Assembly: GCA_001179505.1 (NCBI GenBank)
Contig: CDMY01000176.1
Span: 62,001 to 125,889, forward strand
Length of the DNA: 63,889 bases
Reading direction: 5' to 3'
Origin: Vitrella brassicaformis CCMP3155
Lineage: Eukaryota > Protista > Chromerida
The notes below the pieces were generated by a model. It made no database searches, was not told the DNA's origin, and worked only from the letters and a program-made list of their open reading frames with translations. The position numbers were made by a program, and so were the translations under genes. This document shows positions 59,311 to 63,889 of the stretch, in pieces. The first letter of the stretch is position 1; the number at the start of each line of letters is the position of its first letter.

Positions 59311-62300
59311 ATGAGTTCGATCGTCTTGCGAGCTCGAGCTGGCGAGGAAGGGAGTTTCCCCGCGAGAAAAGAGGCCGCCATGAGTGAAGGTACCGACGCA
59401 GGTGCGCCAAAGAAGAAGCGCAGCAAGAAGCGAGCCAAGATCTCCACCCAGGAAGCCCAGGACGGCTCATCAACTGAGCTTCCCGCAGTGTACGAGGCGC
59501 ATTCCCAGCGGTTCGCTGCCTTCCTGAAAGCCTACTCCATCCACTGCCGCATCGCCGCCCTGCCCAAGAGCGTCCGGGCCATCTCCATCACCGCTGGGCG
59601 GGTCATGGGCGACACATCTCCCGACGGAATGGAGCTCAGACACCTGCTGCAGCTGGCAGCAATCTGCAAGGACATCCAGGTGCCTTGAAAGCTCTCGTCT
59701 GCTGCGAACACATGAGTTAATGCATTCGTTGCTGCATGCTTGTGTGTGTGTGCGTGTGCGTGTGTGTGCTGGTGTGTCAGTTCTGGTGGAACACGAGAGC
59801 CGGCAACAGTGAGTTTCGGGACCCCGTTGAGAGGCAGGAGGTGCGGGCCGTCAGCGGGGAGGTGCTCGAGCATGCCGACGGACGCTCACTCTCCATCAAG
59901 ATGCACAAGGAGCAGCTCTCCGACCGCGACATACAGAAGATGGTCAAGCGCTTCCGTGAGAGCCTAGAGGCAATCGTCGCAGAGCACCGGAGCTGCAGCA
60001 GCAACGACGGCGGAGCGGCCGACATCCCCGACATCGAGCCCATCCCATATCCCCAGGACAACTCAGCCCTCGACAGGCAGCCCTTCACTCTGATGGTCAA
60101 GCGCACCGACGGTGACTCTTGTCGCACCCGCCAGACAGTGGAGACTATCCTGGACCACCTGAAGCAGCAGCCGTGGTACGGCGGGCAGGTGTCGTATGTG
60201 CACCGTATTGACGCCCAGCCGCCCAGGTATGAGCCGCTGCGGCATTCGCAGCTGCACCCGGCTTTGGTTGAGGGGCTGCGGAAGCATTATGGGAAGGGCG
60301 AAGGGGAGGCCATGCAGTTCTACACCCACCAGGCGAGAGGCATTGATGCGGCCCTGACTGGCAAGGATGTGGTCGTGTGCACGTCGACATCCAGCGGCAA
60401 GTCACTGTAAGCGCTCTGGCGGACAGACAGACAGAACCGTTGTGCTCTTGTCAGAGTGTACAACGCGGCGACGTTCCATCGGCTGTTTGAGGACCCCAAC
60501 AGCTGCGCGGTCTTCATCTTTCCCACCAAGGCGCTCGCACAGGACCAGCTGCGGGCCCTCAAGGCCCTCATCCTTGCCATGCCTCTTTCCTATCGCGACC
60601 GCATCCGGCCCGCCACATTCGACGGCGACACGCCGAAGAGCGACCGCTCGCACGTCATGCAGCACGCCAACATCATACTCACCAATCCCGATATGTGACT
60701 GAGCGAGCCAGAGAGGGAGGGAGGGAGCGACGTGTGCATATGGTGGGATGATGGTTGCCGTCTTGTCGTGTTGTGTGCAGGCTGCACGTGACCTTCCTGC
60801 CGTCCCATCGGCGCTTCGAGCGTGTGTTGCGGCACCTTTCCTATGTGGTGATTGATGAGGCGCACGTCTACAAGGGCGCGTTCGGTGCACACACTGCGGC
60901 GGTGCTGAGGCGGCTCGCCCGCGTGTGCTACAAGTCCTATCAGAGCAGCCCACAGGTAACAACAGACAGACACAGACACAGATACAGACACAGACACGGT
61001 CTGTCACGGTTGGGTGAATGTGCTTTTGTCCTGTCCTGTCGTCAGTTCATCTGTTGTTCGGCCACTATCGCCAACCCCCACGAGCACTTCTGGTTCCTCG
61101 TGGGCCAGGGCGGCGCTGACGACGACTTCCCATTATCACCCACACACGACGACGACCAACAGCCACAGCAGCAAGAGCAAGAACCCCCCGAAGCGGCACA
61201 TGAGCCGGGCGGCTTCTTCACTGAAGACGAGCAGCAAGCCCCTCCCCCTCCTCCACCCCCAGGGTACCCCAAGCGCCAGGTGGTGGTGTGTCAGAATGAC
61301 GGATCGCCGTGCGGCAGCAAGTGCTATGTGCTATGGAATCCCCCCTACATGAGTGCTGAAGAGATATGGGGGCCGACCAGGGCCGTCAAGGAGGTCTTCG
61401 GGCTGGACGAGGAGGATGATCAGGGTGGTCAAGGAAATGAGGATGAGAGTCACGAAACACCTGACGCCGCCAACGATGACCAATCGATGGACCAGCCCGA
61501 TGGCGAGACCAATGACAACGGCGCTCCCGCCCCCGCCGTCGCCCCCTCCGCCGCACCACCGATGAAGCGACGCAAGAAGCGTGGCGAGCCAGAGAACGGC
61601 TATCTCCGTCGGTCGCATCGGCTGGCCGACAAGCGTCGAGACGAGTGGTGCAAGAGCCTGTTCACGAGTGTGTCTGCTGAGGCAATTGCCGCACTGGAGG
61701 AGAGGGAGGGTGAGGGCGGTGGGGGGCCGATGGGCGAGGACGAGAGGGGCGAGCTGGATGAGCTCGTGGAGTATTATGTGCGGGAGCGACAGCGGCCGCA
61801 GGATGGCACGCGCAGGTGAGATGACTGACCTGCAGGGGGTGACTGACTGCAAGGGTGGTGTTTGTGTGTGTGTGCAGGCCCCCTCGTTTGTATGACTATC
61901 CCCTTGTGAAGTTTGAGTACGAGTATTGCATGGCCCACAACCCGCCGTACCTCCGCAACGCGCTCTGGCTGCTCAAACAGCTCAGGTCAATCAATGAGTG
62001 AACGAACGAACGAACGAACGAACGGCAGACAGACGGAGAAGCTCAGCTGCACACAGGAAACGCCCACCCTCCTGGGTCTGTGCTGTTTTCCGTTTTCCAC
62101 ACACAGGTACTTCGAAACAGAAGGATTATTCCGCCGCGAGGGCGTCCCGACACTGGGGCTGGCCACCGACACAGGCAACGATGACGTGCAGATGGGCCAC
62201 CAGCAAGGTACGGTACGCAGCTCAGTGGGAAGAAAGCATCAGCAAGATCTGATCTGCATGTGTGGTGTCCTTCCCTTTGTCTCTCTGCCTGCAGATGCAG

Positions 62301-63889
62301 ATGCAGATGCCGCCACCCCTTCAGACCAGCCCTCCCCCTCCCCTGCTGAAACGATCGACATCGAGAACCACGTCATCGACCTCCTCATCCAACGCATCAC
62401 CCTCAAGCCAGAGCCACAGAGCCCACAAAGACACCCGACCATCAAGCAAGAACCGACAGACGACGACCAGCAACCATCACCATCACCACCACCACCACTA
62501 CCACCGCCACCAGCAGCAAAGACCAAGCAAGAGCCGCCCTTCATCAAGGAGGAGGAGGAGGCCACAGCAGCAGCAGGAGGGATGCGGAACCCCCCGCCCC
62601 GCGTCATGCCCCCCGAAGATGAGTCGCGCGAGGGTTTCCGGCGTGAGGTGAGGAAGAGGGGCGGGGGGGCGCTGATATCGCAAGACCGGCTGCGGACCGC
62701 ACTAGAGGGCACGGCACCCGGGAGGCGCTCGCCCATTGTCGAGACCAGCGCCTTGCTCGCCGAACTTGTCAAGAACGGCATCCGCACTCTCGCCTTCTGC
62801 AAGTGAGCGACAGTCAGGGAGTCAGTCACGGAGAGATGACTTCACCCCCCCCCCCCNNNNNNNNNNNNNNNNNNNNNNNNNNNNNNNNNNNNNNNNNNNN
62901 NNNNNNNNNNNNNNNNNNNNNNNNNNNNNNNNNNNNNNNNNNNNNNNNNNNNNNNNNNNNNNNNNNNNNNNNNNNNNNNNNNNNNNNNNNNNNNNNNNNN
63001 NNNNNNNNNNNNNNNNNNNNNNNNNNNNNNNNNNNNNNNNNNNNNNNNNNNNNNNNNNNNNNNNNNNNNNNNNNNNNNNNNNNNNNNNNNNNNNNNNNNN
63101 NNNNNNNNNNNNNNNNNNNNNNNNNNNNNNNNNNNNNNNNNNNNNNNNNNNNNNNNCCCCCCCCCCCCACCACCGCCAGCCCACCCATTGTGGTTGCTTT
63201 CCTGGATGTGGGCAGATGGCGCAAGGTGGTGGAGGTGGTTCTCATCCACACACGGGACCTTCTCAAAGAGTGGGGCCACCCCGACCTTGCCGAGAAGGTC
63301 GTCAGCTATCGAGCCGGCTACGTCGCGTCGGAGCGCCGCCGCATTGAGAAGCAGATCTTCTCAGGCGATGTCCTGGGGGTCACCTGCACCAATGCCCTCG
63401 AGCTGGGGATCGACATTGGCACGTTGGACGCCTGCATTCTGCTAGGATTCCCCGGCTCAATAGCGTCCATGCTGCAGCAATTCGGGCGGGCAGGGCGTGG
63501 CACGCGGAGCTCGATATCCTTCATGGTGTCCTTCGCCTGTCCCGTCGACCAGTGGTGCGCGAAACACGGCCAAGAGCTGTTCGAAAAGTGAGTCGGCCGA
63601 CGAGCCAGCAAGGCAAGGGCAGTGGGAGGGAGGGAGGGAAGACACTCGTGTGGATGTGTGGATGTGTGTGGTGCACTCACTGCAGGGCGCCCGAGGCGGC
63701 GTCGTTGGATCCGTTCAACCCATCGGTGATCAAGCAGCACCTTCTGTGTGCAGCCAAGGAGTGCCCGCCACTGGAGTTCAAGGTACGTCACGTCAGCCGA
63801 CCCGACCACAACACGACCCCTCTCCCACCCACCCACCCACCCACACATACAGACACACACCGGTTTACCTGCCTCCCCCTCAAGCCCCC
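59311..63889 (+). CDS. HRQ1: HRQ1 (RecQ4-like/MrfA DEAH helicase), partial: internal gap and runs off the window
   Basis: FYTHQA, TSTSSGKSL, IFPTKALAQDQ, DGDT, LTNPDMLH, VIDEAHVY.G.FGAH, CSATIANP, NDGSP.G, WNPP, RTLAFCK, SYRAGY..SERRRIE, TNALELGIDIGTLD, QQFGRAGR, KQHLLCAAKE. Confidence 0.95.
62857..63156. other. Assembly gap (300 N) inside an HRQ1 intron
   Basis: N run flanked by poly-C on both sides. Confidence 1.

Noticed and set aside
32741-63170. Poly-C tracts at 32741-32757, 62845-62856 and 63157-63170
   Set aside because: They border N gaps and probably mark sequencing drop-out at C/G homopolymers. Their true length and function cannot be judged.
24-63860. Hundreds of overlapping ORFs in the six-frame track, many rich in CVCV/HTHT or antisense to real exons
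   Set aside because: High GC content and (TG)n introns generate long stop-free shadow frames. None showed family motifs, so no overlapping or antisense genes were called.
48641-63889. Apparent chromatin/DNA-repair cluster (OTU-HAT1 and HRQ1)
   Set aside because: They are separated by ~7 kb and an unrelated gene, and eukaryotic neighbours are rarely functionally linked. There is no evidence beyond proximity.
1-63889. Search for rRNA, tRNA, spliced-leader or snRNA genes and intact transposases
   Set aside because: No recognisable cloverleaf, rRNA signature, DDE, RT or tyrosine-recombinase motifs by eye. A covariance-model scan (tRNAscan-SE, Infernal) would be needed to exclude small ncRNAs.

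Overview
Intron-dense, GC-rich eukaryotic nuclear DNA with short GT-AG introns full of (TG)n/(TGTC)n/(TGGA)n microsatellites. The gene style suggests a chromerid alveolate such as Vitrella brassicaformis; this is inference, not a database match. About 14 protein-coding loci or relics were reconstructed by hand-splicing. In order: a coiled-coil plus beta-solenoid protein of bacterial type (partial), a low-complexity hypothetical protein, a MATH-domain protein with a plastid-type leader, a frameshifted helical-repeat/TPR/degenerate-SET gene, COQ10, a secreted GH79 heparanase-like glycosidase head-to-head with a signal-peptide phospholipase D, a ~10-kb subtilisin-MAM-EGF-SRCR-sushi mosaic protease, a frameshifted lineage-specific gene, cathepsin C/DPAP, a decayed acidic repeat-exon family, a degenerate repeat cluster, a decayed gene, an OTU deubiquitinase-HAT1 fusion, a lineage-expanded hypothetical protein, and HRQ1 helicase (partial). 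There are three 300-N gaps. No rRNA, tRNA or CRISPR array was seen. The most striking observations are the in-frame OTU-HAT1 fusion, a TGAAACCGCT element found in four divergent promoters (an identical 18-mer in two of them), the subtilisin adhesion mosaic, and frameshifts caused by exact short tandem duplications. Exon boundaries were inferred by eye.
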